Positions 26,888 to 37,404 of a stretch of 64,000 bases of DNA are shown here, piece after piece. Under the pieces are notes generated by a model. It did no database searches and was not told where the DNA came from. It was given only the letters and a program-made list of their open reading frames with translations. This stretch comes from an uncultured Clostridia bacterium (GTDB taxonomy: Bacteria > Bacillota > Clostridia > Christensenellales > CAG-917). Made by a program: the position numbers and the translations under genes. Positions within the stretch are counted from its first letter, which is position 1; each line of letters begins with the position of its first letter. The stretch is from assembly GCA_947625225.1 (NCBI GenBank), contig CANQNQ010000002.1, positions 37,397 to 101,396 of the forward strand, written 5' to 3'.

Positions 26888-28714
26888 TCAATTGTCTTTT
26901 TTGCCGTAGGCAAGTTTCATTCTTTGTTCGCCGGAGAGGATGACTTTGCGTATCCTTATGTTTTGCGGGGTGACCTCGAGCATCTCGTCGTCGCCCAAAA
27001 ACTCCAGCGCTTCTTCGAGGCTGAAGCGGCGGGGAGTGTTGAGGCGCAGCGCTTCGTCCGAACCTGCGGCGCGCATATTGGTGACGTGTTTGCGCTTGCA
27101 GACGTTCACGCGGATGTCCTCGTTTTTGGGAGACATGCCCACCACCATGCCCTCATAGACCATGGTTTGTGGGGTGATGAACAGCTGACCGCGCTCCTGC
27201 GCGTTGAACAGCCCGTACGTCGCGGCTTCGCCCGTTTCGTAGGCGACAAGCGACCCCGTGTAACGGCGCTGGATAGGCCCCTTGTAGGGCGCGTAGCCGT
27301 CAAACAGCTGATTCATCACGCCCTCGCCCTTGGTGTCCGTCAAAAACTCGTTTTTGAAGCCGAACAGGCCGCGGGCGGGCACTTTGAACTCCAGGCGTAT
27401 GCGGCTGCCTACGGGATTCATATTGAGCAGTTCGCCCTTTCTGAGTCCCATGCGTTCCATCACGGGCCCCACGCAATCCGCGGGCACGTCGATGTACAGC
27501 CTTTCCATAGGCTCGCACTTTTCGCCGTCTATTGTTTTGAAGATCACCTTGGGGGTGCTTACGCTGAATTCGTAGCCCTCGCGGCGCATTGTCTCAATAA
27601 GTATCGAAAGGTGCATTTCGCCCCTGCCGCACACCTTGAAGGTGTCGGGGCTGTCCGTCTGATAGACGCGCAGGGAGACGTCCTTTTTAAGCTCCCTGAA
27701 CAGCCTGTCGCGCAGGTGGCGGGAGGTGACGTACTTGCCTTCTTTGCCCGCAAATGGGCTGTCGTTGACAAGGAAGTTCATCTCTATTGTGGGCTCGCCT
27801 ATCTTGACGAAGGGCACGGGCTCGATCTTGGCGGGGGAGCAGATGGTGTTGCCTATGGTGATGTTGTCTATGCCGCTGAAGCACACTATGTCGCCCACGT
27901 ATGCGTTTTCAACGGGCACGCGCTTGAGGCCCTCTATCTGGAACAGGTTGACTATCTTGCTCTTGAAGGGGGAGATGCCGCTGTGGTAGTCGCACACGAC
28001 CACTTCCTTTGCCATGTCGACTCTGCCGCGCTCTATCCTGCCTATGCCTATCCTGCCCACGTAATCGTCGTAGGAAATGGCGGAAACAAGCAGTTGCAAC
28101 TCGCCGTCTGCATCGCCTTCGGGAGCGGGTATATAATTGAGTATTGTGTCAAAAAGCGGCTTTAAGTCGACGCCTTCGATATGATAATCTGTCGTTGCGG
28201 TGCCTTTCTTGCCGGAGCAGTACAGTATGGGACTTGCCAATTGTTCGTCAGTGGCGTCAAGGTCCAGCAGCAGTTCCAGTACCTCGTCGGCGACTTCGTC
28301 AAGTCTTGCGTCGGGGCGGTCGATCTTGTTGACGACGATTATTATCTTCAGTCCAAGCGACAGCGCCTTTTCCACTACGAAGCGGGTCTGCGGCATGGGA
28401 CCTTCCGCCGCGTCCACAAGCAGGACGACGCCGTTGACCATCTTGAGTACGCGCTCCACCTCGCCCGAGAAATCCGCATGGCCGGGGGTGTCGATGATGT
28501 TTATCTTGACCCCGCCATAGTGGATGGACGTGTTTTTGGCAAGTATTGTGATGCCGCGTTCGCGCTCAAGATCGCCCGAATCCATGACGCATGTGGCGAC
28601 CTGTTGGTTTTCCCTGAAGGTGCCGGACTGCTTCAGCATGCCGTCCACAAGCGTGGTCTTGCCGTGGTCGACGTGCGCAATGATTGCAATGTTCCTCAAA
28701 TCTGTACGTATCAT
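26888..28714 (-). CDS. typA: Translational GTPase TypA/BipA
   Basis: '[19 protein letters not shown]', 'DTPGHADF', '[18 protein letters not shown]' and '[11 protein letters not shown]'. Confidence 0.98.
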   Translation of the reverse strand: MIRTDLRNIAIIAHVDHGKTTLVDGMLKQSGTFRENQQVATCVMDSGDLERERGITILAKNTSIHYGGVKINIIDTPGHADFSGEVERVLKMVNGVVLLVDAAEGPMPQTRFVVEKALSLGLKIIIVVNKIDRPDARLDEVADEVLELLLDLDATDEQLASPILYCSGKKGTATTDYHIEGVDLKPLFDTILNYIPAPEGDADGELQLLVSAISYDDYVGRIGIGRIERGRVDMAKEVVVCDYHSGISPFKSKIVNLFQIEGLKRVPVENAYVGDIVCFSGIDNITIGNTICSPAKIEPVPFVKIGEPTIEMNFLVNDSPFAGKEGKYVTSRHLRDRLFRELKKDVSLRVYQTDSPDTFKVCGRGEMHLSILIETMRREGYEFSVSTPKVIFKTIDGEKCEPMERLYIDVPADCVGPVMERMGLRKGELLNMNPVGSRIRLEFKVPARGLFGFKNEFLTDTKGEGVMNQLFDGYAPYKGPIQRRYTGSLVAYETGEAATYGLFNAQERGQLFITPQTMVYEGMVVGMSPKNEDIRVNVCKRKHVTNMRAAGSDEALRLNTPRRFSLEEALEFLGDDEMLEVTPQNIRIRKVILSGEQRMKLAYGKKDN

Positions 28715-28932
28715 ATTGTCCTTTTTGTCCGTCCGCGGTGTTGCGGGCGGCGGAGCGCGCAAAGCGCTCTCTTCAAAACTGCCTTATATTAGCACACTTA
28801 AATATTGTTTGGCAAATCGTTGGGGCGTCAAACGCAAAAAAATATGCAATATTTTTTGTAACCGCCTTGAAATGGGCGCAACTCATGTTATAATTCTTAT
28901 GGTCGCGAGCTAGCGCGGCACGGAGCGTGGTT

Positions 28933-30165
28933 ATGAAAAGTCTTACTCAACTTTACAGGATAGGCAGAGGCCCGTCCAGTTCGCATACAATGGGTCCGGA
29001 AAGGGCGGCAAAATATTTCGAGGCGATGTACCCCGACGCGTCGTGTTACGCGGCGCTGCTGTACGGGTCGCTTGCCGACACGGGCAGGGGACACGGCACG
29101 GACAGGGTGCTGCAAAAGACGTTTTCAAAGCCCGTGGAAGTTGTTTTTGATGTGGATACGCCCACCGCGCATCCCAACACATTCGACCTCATCGCGCTTG
29201 ACGGCGACGGCAAAGAAATTGCGCGCAGACGCGTTGTAAGCACGGGCGGCGGCGCAATAGAGATGGAGGGCGTGGACAACTCCGAAAGCGAGGACGTCTA
29301 TCCCCACCGCAGCTTCGAGCAAATAAAGCTGTACTGCGAAGAGAACGGGCTGTCCCTCCCCGAGTACGTCTACCGCTTCGATGGAGAGGGCATAAAGACC
29401 TATCTGCGCGACGTTTGGCGGCACATGGAAGCCTCAATATACGAGGGGCTGATGGAGGAAGGCGAACTGCCCGGAGGGCTGCGCACAAGGCGCAGAGCAA
29501 AGGTCCTGTTTGACACCGCTCCCCCCGATGAGGAGCCCGAAACGCGTGAGAACAGGCTGGTGTGCGCATACGCTTTTGCCGTGTCCGAGCGCAACGCCGC
29601 GGGCGAGATGATAGTCACGGCGCCCACCTGCGGTTCTTGCGGGATCGTACCTTCAGTGCTTAAATATGAGCAGATAAAGTACGGATTTGGCGAAGATAAA
29701 ATTATAGACGCATTGGCGGTCGCTGGGATCATGGGCAACATTGTGAAGGCAAACGCGTCCATAAGCGGCGCTGAGTGCGGATGTCAGGCGGAGTGCGGAA
29801 CGGCGTGCAGTATGGCGGCCGCAGCTGCCGCTCAGCTGGGCGATATGTCCCTCGACGAGATCGAATATGCCGCGGAGGTCGCAATGGAGCACCACCTCGG
29901 GCTTACCTGCGATCCCGTGGACGGGCTGGTGCAGATACCTTGTATAGAGCGCAACGCCGTTGCGGCGATGAGAGCCATCAACGCGGTGTCGTTGGCGCAT
30001 TTTCTTACAAGTTCCCGCCAGATCTCATTTGACGCGGTGGTGCGCACCATGTACCAGACGGGCAAGGACATCAACTCGCGCTACAGGGAGACCGCGGCGG
30101 GCGGTCTTGCGCAAAACTATACGCTTTCACGCCTGTCCAGCCGATTTATCCGACCAAAAGATTGA
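28933..30165 (+). CDS. sdaA: Fe-S L-serine ammonia-lyase, single-chain
   Basis: '[13 protein letters not shown]', '[13 protein letters not shown]', '[12 protein letters not shown]' and '[10 protein letters not shown]...QIPCIERN'. Confidence 0.95.
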   Translation: MKSLTQLYRIGRGPSSSHTMGPERAAKYFEAMYPDASCYAALLYGSLADTGRGHGTDRVLQKTFSKPVEVVFDVDTPTAHPNTFDLIALDGDGKEIARRRVVSTGGGAIEMEGVDNSESEDVYPHRSFEQIKLYCEENGLSLPEYVYRFDGEGIKTYLRDVWRHMEASIYEGLMEEGELPGGLRTRRRAKVLFDTAPPDEEPETRENRLVCAYAFAVSERNAAGEMIVTAPTCGSCGIVPSVLKYEQIKYGFGEDKIIDALAVAGIMGNIVKANASISGAECGCQAECGTACSMAAAAAAQLGDMSLDEIEYAAEVAMEHHLGLTCDPVDGLVQIPCIERNAVAAMRAINAVSLAHFLTSSRQISFDAVVRTMYQTGKDINSRYRETAAGGLAQNYTLSRLSSRFIRPKD

Positions 30166-30193
30166 TTTTGCGCCGCCCGTGAAAAATTACTCC

Positions 30194-30389
30194 GTGCCGG
30201 TCGCTTTTTGGTTCGCAAAGCTCAAAGGCACTTCGAAATTTTTCACTCACTACCGCGATTTTACCCCACACAATCACTACGTAATTTTGCGGGGACCCCA
30301 AAAAAAAATAACGTTTCGCAATTCGCATTTGGCAGTTGGGGAGCGTTTTTCTTAAAATGCTCATGGCTCGCTATTTTTTGTGCTTGGTG
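30194..30389. repeat. Diverged copy of the ~200-bp repeat unit at 44920-45298
   Basis: Shares GTGCCGG..GCTTTT...GCAAAGCT.AAAGGCACT, TTTACCCCAC...TAATTTTGCGGGGACCCC, CAATTCGCATTTG and AAATGCTCATGGCT.GCTATTTTTTGTGCTTGGTG. Confidence 0.85.
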
Positions 30390-30494
30390 TTTTGGGACTC
30401 CGTCCCCGCTCAAAAATCTTAACGGTTCACAATATCTCACATTACAGATGTGTATATGGTTCGCCTGATTTTTGTGTTTGGTGGTGGGTTTCAT

Positions 30495-30549
30495 CGCCAC
30501 CACTCCCGTAATGGCTGTGAAGCGAAGGGCACCTTCACTTCGCAGGAAT
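30495..30549 (-). repeat. 55-bp two-hairpin element; inverted copy of 53752-53806
   Basis: Reverse complement ATTCCTGCGAAGTGAAGGTGCCCTTCGCTTCACAGCCATTACGGGAGTGGTGGCG. Confidence 0.85.
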
Positions 30550-31056
30550 ATAGATTTTGAGATGAGTTAATTTCTGTGCTTCGTACTTTGTCCCCGATTT
30601 TAGCGCAAACGCCGTGCAGCCTCGCATTGGACTTAACATAACAAGTATCTTTTATAAGAAAGACCGTTGCAGTGGAAGTGCAAAAAGACGTAAAAAAAGA
30701 AACGCGTCCACAAGAGGCATAACCTCTCGCAATGTCCACCGTTACGGCTTTTTGCTTTACGGCTTTTTGCGTTTCGTATATGTATTTTAACGCGTAAAAT
30801 TGCAAAAATCAAACGTTTTTACAACGAAAATGCAAATTAAAAGTGCAATTATGCAAATGTGGTTATCTTGCCGATTAAGATAATTCCGTTTATCATCTGC
30901 TTGCAAAAATGTATTCTGTTTTCGAACATTTGTAAAAAATATTTACGGATTTTCAAATTTGTATTGAAAAAATCGGATATTTTAGATATAATGGCATAGT
31001 CTGCTCAGTGCATTCTTGTTTTACGGCGCAATCAACGGGCAGAAGGGGGAGTATTT

Positions 31057-32754
31057 ATGACGGCAACCAACCTCATGGAAAAAAAGCCCGAAAAACGTTT
31101 TTTCGGACTTAACGGCAATATGTGGGTGTATGCCCTTGGCGTAATGGGCATCAACCTCGCAATTGGCCTTGTCAACAGCTATCAGGCGGAGTTTTTCAAC
31201 AAACTGATGCACGTTGACCTCGTCGCGGTGGCGCTCATCATCCTTGCGGCAAAGGTCATCAGCATTGTGGCGGATTTCGTCTTTGGCAACCTTATAGACC
31301 GCGCAAGGTTCAAATCGGGCAAGATGCGCCCATGGATACTTATGTCGGCGTTCCCGCTGGCGGCGTTCACGATGTTATCCTTTGTCGCCATACCCTTCGG
31401 GACGGGCCACGCCGCGACGATAGGCAAGTATTTTTACATCACCTTTGTGCTTGTGCTGTGGAACGTCAGTATGACCATGGCGGATATACCGTCGCAGGGC
31501 ATGCTGTCCTTTGTGGCGGACAACGCCAACGACACCAACAACGCCGCGGGCATGGCAAACACCCTCAAATCCGCCGCGCTGGCTTGCTCGGGCATATTCT
31601 TCACCATAGTGTGCATGATCACCGGCTCCAGCGAAAACGGCAAGAAGGAATACCTCATCACCGCGGGCATTCTTGTGGGCGTGGGACTTATATTCCAACT
31701 GGTGATGTATTTCAAGTCCAGGGAGATCAACAAATCCGTTGCGCCCACGGGCATGAGCTTCAGGGAGATGTTCCGCGAGCTTAAAAACAACAAACAGATC
31801 CTCATCGTGCTTGGCACCTACCTGCTTGGCTTTGGCAGGAACATCGGTCTGGGCATAGCGGTGCAGGCAAGCTGCATCCTCATAAGGGACGGCATAGACC
31901 TCAGCTTCCTCGGCATGGGCACGCTGTACGGCGACGCGTGCAGTTGGGCGATAGGCATTACATCCGCTATCGCCAGCGCGGTCACCATCATACTCAATCC
32001 CATGATCAACAAGAAGTTGGGCGAAAAGAAGTACTTCATCATCGCCGGCGTCTACGGCTTTGTCGTCAGCGTCATATGCTTCCTGTGTTATGCGCTGGGC
32101 GGCAACGCGCTGCGCTCAATATGGGCTATATGGGTATATCAATTCTTCCTCGGCTTCTCATTCGGCCCCAACGGGTATTTGCCTATGGTCATGACCGCGG
32201 ACATCGTGGACTACCAGGAGTGGAAGACGGGCAAGCGAACGGAGGGTACGCAATTTGCGATACTTTCCATGTCAAACAAGCTATCTAATGCGCTGTCTGT
32301 ATCCGTCGGACTGCTGCTGATAGGCGCGATCGGATTCAGCTCCGCACAATATTCCACCGTTGTCGCGCAGGCTACCGATTCCGTCACAAAAGTCGTGGAT
32401 ACAAGCGTGATCGCGGGCTATGTGACCAACTCCATGCAGAACAAGGCGTGGGCGATAGAATTCCTCGTGCCCGGCGTGTGCATGTTGCTAAGCTCCATTC
32501 TGATGTTCTTCTACAAGATAGACGAGAAGACCAAGAAGGTCATGCGCGAAGAGCTTGCTCAGCGCCGCGCCGCCGCAAGATTGTCCGAAGAGCAGGGCGA
32601 GGAAGCTGAAGCAACTTTGAGTGGCGAGCTTAACGGCGCAGAGGGCGTCGCCATGAGCGAGGCGTTGGAGGAGATAGAGGCGAACAAGGCCGAAAACGCG
32701 GACGCGGAAGAGGTGTTCGATATGGACGACAAGTCGGGCGATTCGGACGCATAA
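31057..32754 (+). CDS. MFS transporter, glycoside-pentoside-hexuronide (MelB-like) family
   Basis: 'ADFVFGNLIDR..FKSGKMRPW' and 'ADIVDYQEWKTGKRTEG'; 12 TM helices; acidic C-terminal tail. Confidence 0.88.
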   Translation: MTATNLMEKKPEKRFFGLNGNMWVYALGVMGINLAIGLVNSYQAEFFNKLMHVDLVAVALIILAAKVISIVADFVFGNLIDRARFKSGKMRPWILMSAFPLAAFTMLSFVAIPFGTGHAATIGKYFYITFVLVLWNVSMTMADIPSQGMLSFVADNANDTNNAAGMANTLKSAALACSGIFFTIVCMITGSSENGKKEYLITAGILVGVGLIFQLVMYFKSREINKSVAPTGMSFREMFRELKNNKQILIVLGTYLLGFGRNIGLGIAVQASCILIRDGIDLSFLGMGTLYGDACSWAIGITSAIASAVTIILNPMINKKLGEKKYFIIAGVYGFVVSVICFLCYALGGNALRSIWAIWVYQFFLGFSFGPNGYLPMVMTADIVDYQEWKTGKRTEGTQFAILSMSNKLSNALSVSVGLLLIGAIGFSSAQYSTVVAQATDSVTKVVDTSVIAGYVTNSMQNKAWAIEFLVPGVCMLLSSILMFFYKIDEKTKKVMREELAQRRAAARLSEEQGEEAEATLSGELNGAEGVAMSEALEEIEANKAENADAEEVFDMDDKSGDSDA

Positions 32755-32966
32755 AACAAAAGCAAATATTGTCGGAGGACGCAAAGCGACGTCCTCCGAT
32801 TTTTTTTGTGCGGAAGAGCGCGCTCCGCAAATGGGAAACGCATTTTAGGTTTTTGTTGTAGGCCGCGCGCGGCGTTTGAGCCGACAAATTTTGTAAAACC
32901 GCGCGGTTTTGTCACCCGAAGCGCACTTATTATATATAATATCAAAGAAATTTGATAAAATGATAC

Positions 32967-32995
32967 TTGACAAGCGTATGCTGTGTTGGTATAAT
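32967..32995 (+). promoter_or_regulatory. Consensus sigma-A promoter of the SPFH-TIR pair
   Basis: TTGACA-17 bp-TATAAT. Confidence 0.75.
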
Positions 32996-33062
32996 CATTT
33001 TAGTAATACTTTATTGCATTTTGCTGTCTTGGAGCGGGATGCGATTATGGAGGGAAATTTAT

Positions 33063-34286
33063 ATGTGCAAAATGAAAGGTAACGTGACGATCGAGTTCAA
33101 GCCCGGCATCAACGACAAGGACTTGGAATTGGTTGCAAATGAACTCAAATCCATGGCGGCAGACATCGTAGCTGCGCCCAAAAAGTATTTCTGGGGCAGC
33201 CTCAAAAACCGCGAGTATGTCTATCAGGAGTTCGCTCAGGAATTGGTAGAGAGAGCCGACAAGCTGCTGGATTACTATGAGTATCGCAAGTCTCTTTCCG
33301 ACGCCGACGTGGTGTGGAGAGTCAGGCTCGACGAGGAATTGCTTGGACTTTCCCTTGCTCCCGCAAGGCTGAGAAACAACAAATTCAAGGCAGTTTCTTT
33401 CCGCAAGATCAAGAAGATCAACAAGGCTTATGTCAACGTCATAGTGCCTTACACCAGAGAGGCCGTGTTCATCGACGACGGCAAGATCGACGAGCGCGCA
33501 TGGGAATCGGGCAAGCATCGCATCAAGACAAAGACGATGTACGATCCGTTTGCACATTGCGAGCGCCTCACCAGAAGGGCAAGCAAGGATCTGCCTTCCG
33601 GTCAACTTAAGTTCCGTCACTCCATGGATCTGTTCCTAATCAACAAGACCGTTGTTCAGGACATCAAGTGGGGCACCGAGGAAAATTTCTACATGATCGA
33701 CCCCATCCTCAAGATGCCCGTACCCTTCGGCGCGCACGGCGTTGCGAAATTCTCCATTTCCAACTCCAAGCTGTTTATGACCAGAGTGGTCGGCACCAAG
33801 GGCGAAAACAATATCGACGATATGACCAAATTCTTCCGCAGCAAGATAGTGATGCTGTTCAACTCTTTGCTGGGCAAGAAGCTGGTTGAAATGAATATGA
33901 GCATATTCCAGCTTGCGTCTCAACTGCACACCATGTCCGGCGTGTTGCTGACCGCAATGAAGAAGGAGTTTGCCGACTACGGCGTCAACCTCGAGGACTT
34001 CGCGATAGAGCATATCGCAGTTGTCAACAACAAGGTCGAGGACGAAAACGGCGAGATAGTCGAGGAGAGGATCAATCCCGTGGATCTGTACGCAAATCAC
34101 CAAGAGATACTGCGCATACAGATGCAGAACGGCGAGAACGAGGCTCTGCTCAAGTCGCTGGTCAGCAGGAATGCGGACGCCAACACCGACAGGATCGTCC
34201 GCCTCATCGAGGCAAAGGGCAAGGCTCTCAAGGACGCAAAGGACGAGAGATCCATCGTTATCAACAAAAACAAATCTGTGCTCTAA
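33063..34286 (+). CDS. SPFH/Band-7 domain protein (YdjI-like) with insertions
   Basis: 'VIVPYTREAVFIDDGKI', 'LFLINKT...IKWGT', 'DPILKMPVPFGAHG..KFSI.NSKLF' and 'EFADYGVNLEDFAIEHI'. Confidence 0.75.
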   Translation: MCKMKGNVTIEFKPGINDKDLELVANELKSMAADIVAAPKKYFWGSLKNREYVYQEFAQELVERADKLLDYYEYRKSLSDADVVWRVRLDEELLGLSLAPARLRNNKFKAVSFRKIKKINKAYVNVIVPYTREAVFIDDGKIDERAWESGKHRIKTKTMYDPFAHCERLTRRASKDLPSGQLKFRHSMDLFLINKTVVQDIKWGTEENFYMIDPILKMPVPFGAHGVAKFSISNSKLFMTRVVGTKGENNIDDMTKFFRSKIVMLFNSLLGKKLVEMNMSIFQLASQLHTMSGVLLTAMKKEFADYGVNLEDFAIEHIAVVNNKVEDENGEIVEERINPVDLYANHQEILRIQMQNGENEALLKSLVSRNADANTDRIVRLIEAKGKALKDAKDERSIVINKNKSVL

Positions 34287-34331
34287 GAAGGAGTACGGCG
34301 CTATTTGAGCCCCTTCAGTTAGGATTGGACT

Positions 34332-37121
34332 ATGCAACAGAACAATATGTTCCGGGACGTCTGCCGCACTTGCGGTGCGGAGCTCGTGCTGGAGAGAAAA
34401 AATCTATATGTGTGTCCCTATTGCGGCAACCACTATTCTGTGCAGAAGAATGACCCTCCGTCTGCGACGTTGCGTCTTGCAAACGCGTGCAGGGAAAGCT
34501 TTGACTTTGCAAAAGCCGAAAGTTTGTACCTGTCGCTTATCAGGAGCAATCCCGACGGCGATCTGACGGATGTGTACTGGGGCTTATTCCTTTTGGAACA
34601 AAGATGCGTGTTTGAGGAGGACGAGCACGGCGATCGTTTCCCGTCCTTTTATGACATAGTGCCATACGACGTAGAGCAGTCCGAATATTTCAAGCTGGCT
34701 GTCAAGAGCGCGCAGGCCGCGGGCGACGCCGAAAAGGCGGAGACCTACCGCACGCTTGCAAAGCGCATGCAACAGCTCAAGCTGAAATACCAGACCATCA
34801 AGCGCACGACAAAGCCGTATGACATATTCATCTGCTTCAAAAAGAATGCTTCGCAAAACACGGTCACGGCAGATTACAAGTTGGCGTACGAGCTGTACAA
34901 CCGTCTCAGCAGGGACTACAACGTGTTTTTCAGCGAGAGGTCGCTGAGCAACATCGTCGTCAGGGAGTACGAGCCAAACATCTATCACGCGCTGTACACC
35001 GCAAAGGTGATGCTTGTGCTTTGCTCAAGGCGCGAGTATCTTGACGCGCAATGGGTCAAAAACGAGTGGTCGCGCTTCAGGGAGATATCCAAGAACTCCG
35101 CGGAGCCAAAGGCGATGATCCCCATCTTTATAGACGGATTTATCCCCGACTATCTACCCGACGAACTGAGGAGCTGCCAGGGGGTGCGCGCAGACGTCAA
35201 CCTGATGGCAAACCTCACCGAGATGATCTCGCATATCGTCGCGCCAATAGACCGCAGCGCTATGCTGGAGGCGGAGCTGAGCAACATGACCGCCGATTTC
35301 AGCGCCAAGTTTGAGGAGCTGAACAACAAGGTCAGTCAGCAACAGCAACTTCAACAGCAGATCTTGAGCGCGAAGCAGGCAGCGCCCACCGTGACGGAAA
35401 GCGTGACCGTGCCCGTAAGCGGCATACCGCGTATGCCCGTCGCTCAAGCGACGCCCGCGCCGGTGGCGCAAGCGGCTCCGCAGGTGGTGTATCAGACAAT
35501 GCCCGGCATGGATATGCTGGTTGGCAACACCAGACAGCTTGCGGACAGCTTCTACGAAGGGCGCAAATATAAGGCGGCGAAGGACAAATATCTCGAATGC
35601 CTCAACGTAAACGCGGGCGACTATCGCAGCAGATATATGTGCGAGCTGTGCGACGTCAACATATCGCTTGACAACGACTCGCTTGCAGGACTTGCGGACG
35701 CCACCAAACGCTATATCGGCAGCTGGACTTTTGACAAGACGGCGGACAAGTACAACATGATCCCGCAGAGCCTATCCCTCGGCTCTGTGCTGAATCCCAA
35801 GAGCTCTGTCCCCGCCGCGCTCAAACAGTACAGAAGCGGCGGCAAGTACGCCTCCGGCAGCATAGGCTACCATAAGGGCGAGCAGGCGTTTGCCCCCGGC
35901 GATATAAGCGCGACGAGCGCCGCCTACGCAGCGGATGCAAAATTGCCCGCAATACCCAACCTGCCGCTGGCAGTTGCGATAGAGACGTTGGGCTGCTATC
36001 AGAAGAAGTACCTCAACAAGCAGCGCGACGAATTGCTGGATTACTACAACGCGGTAGACAACCTTGGCTACGACAGCGTGCAGAGCGGCAACGCCAAATT
36101 CCGCAACTACATCAACAGCGTATGGAGCCAGCTGGATATGTCCATGAATTTGCTGGACTATCTGATGAGCGGCGCCTACGTCAAGAAAAATATCAAGGAT
36201 TGCAACAAACTTATCGCAACGCAACTGTCCAACACGCGCGAACTTGCAAAGTATTGCGAGGACAGCTATACCGTCAGCGTCGCCGACAGCAGCAGACCCA
36301 CCGCATACGAGACCTTCGAGATGTCCGTATTCGACAGGGAGAGGCTGACCTCCGCGCGCAGACGGCTTAAGGAGTACGCCGGCTATGTCATAGCTCGCGA
36401 AAACCTCAAGCACAAGCGTTATCTTGAGGCGTTCAAGCAGCTGAAGGACAACACCGTGCTCAACTCCAAGGCGTTATTCAAAAAGTGCAGCAAGCTCACG
36501 CAGGTAGAGCGCTACAACAACGCGATCAATCTGTACAAAAACAAGCAATACGCCGAGGCAAAGGAGGAGCTTGAGGACCTCGCGGGTTACCGCAACGCCG
36601 ACAAGTACCTCGCCAGCGTGGACAGCAAGTTTATGCAGGAGGACTACCGCGACGCGCAGCAGAAGATAGAGGACAAGGACTACGAGGGCGCGAAGGAGCT
36701 GTTTGTCAAGCTGTCTATGTACAGCGAGGAGTACACCGTCCCCGCAGGCGGCTACAAGGATTCCGCCGAGATGGTGGAGGAGTGCGACAAGCAGATCGCA
36801 AAGCGTTCTGCCAAGCAGGGCAAGGTAGCCTCCACGGTGATCATGGACCTCACGCTTGCGCTGGTGATGATCGCGGCGATCGTGGGCGCGCTGTTGCCCG
36901 TGCAGGTCAGCTCCGCGCTGAGCGGACTGATGGTGCTGGTGGTGCTTGTGCCCATTGTGGTGTTGACCATCGCCACGTTGTGCAGCCTCAAACGCTTCAG
37001 GTATCCCGCGCTGACGGTTGTGCTGCTGGTGCTGGCGGTCATAGCGATGGCGCTGATGATGCTGTCGGCAACATTTGCGGCAGATATCGGCTTTGTGGGA
37101 CTGAGCGATATGCTTGCATAA
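34332..37121 (+). CDS. Zn-ribbon + TPR + TIR domain protein with C-terminal TPRs and 3 TM helices
   Basis: 'CRTCG...CPYCG'; TIR 'YDIFICFK...VFFSERSL...YEPNIYHAL.TAKVMLVL...WVKNEWSRF'; 'LAGYRNAD' and 'GGYKDSAE' TPR-like repeats; hydrophobic C-terminus. Confidence 0.85.
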   Translation: MQQNNMFRDVCRTCGAELVLERKNLYVCPYCGNHYSVQKNDPPSATLRLANACRESFDFAKAESLYLSLIRSNPDGDLTDVYWGLFLLEQRCVFEEDEHGDRFPSFYDIVPYDVEQSEYFKLAVKSAQAAGDAEKAETYRTLAKRMQQLKLKYQTIKRTTKPYDIFICFKKNASQNTVTADYKLAYELYNRLSRDYNVFFSERSLSNIVVREYEPNIYHALYTAKVMLVLCSRREYLDAQWVKNEWSRFREISKNSAEPKAMIPIFIDGFIPDYLPDELRSCQGVRADVNLMANLTEMISHIVAPIDRSAMLEAELSNMTADFSAKFEELNNKVSQQQQLQQQILSAKQAAPTVTESVTVPVSGIPRMPVAQATPAPVAQAAPQVVYQTMPGMDMLVGNTRQLADSFYEGRKYKAAKDKYLECLNVNAGDYRSRYMCELCDVNISLDNDSLAGLADATKRYIGSWTFDKTADKYNMIPQSLSLGSVLNPKSSVPAALKQYRSGGKYASGSIGYHKGEQAFAPGDISATSAAYAADAKLPAIPNLPLAVAIETLGCYQKKYLNKQRDELLDYYNAVDNLGYDSVQSGNAKFRNYINSVWSQLDMSMNLLDYLMSGAYVKKNIKDCNKLIATQLSNTRELAKYCEDSYTVSVADSSRPTAYETFEMSVFDRERLTSARRRLKEYAGYVIARENLKHKRYLEAFKQLKDNTVLNSKALFKKCSKLTQVERYNNAINLYKNKQYAEAKEELEDLAGYRNADKYLASVDSKFMQEDYRDAQQKIEDKDYEGAKELFVKLSMYSEEYTVPAGGYKDSAEMVEECDKQIAKRSAKQGKVASTVIMDLTLALVMIAAIVGALLPVQVSSALSGLMVLVVLVPIVVLTIATLCSLKRFRYPALTVVLLVLAVIAMALMMLSATFAADIGFVGLSDMLA

Positions 37122-37137
37122 AAACGATAAACTACGG

Positions 37138-37165
37138 CGTCCGCAGTGAAAACTGCGGACGTTTT
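37138..37165 (+). terminator. Intrinsic terminator after the TIR gene
   Basis: CGTCCGCAGT-gaaa-ACTGCGGACG plus T run. Confidence 0.75.
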
Positions 37166-37404
37166 CTTATTATTGGAAATCATAAACTAGTCCAAGCGAG
37201 GCGTGAATAGCTTAGGCGTTGAGGATTATCCACCAACTAAGCTAAGTGAGGCGAGAAGAATTTAGGCATTGAGAGATAATCGACTGAACCGAGCGAGGCG
37301 GAAATAGCTTGGGAGCTTAGAAAATTTGTATAATGCAAACGGCGGCTTGTCGCCGCCGTTTACATATAAACTCATACTCCATTGTCCCTCTTTTGTATAA
37401 AATT

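Noticed and set aside
30460-30500. TGGTGG ends resembling a tRNA 3' end (CCACCA) or a fluoride-riboswitch-like GGCGATG on the minus strand
   Set aside because: No cloverleaf, no T-loop GTTC(A/G)A, and the rest of the fluoride riboswitch consensus is missing
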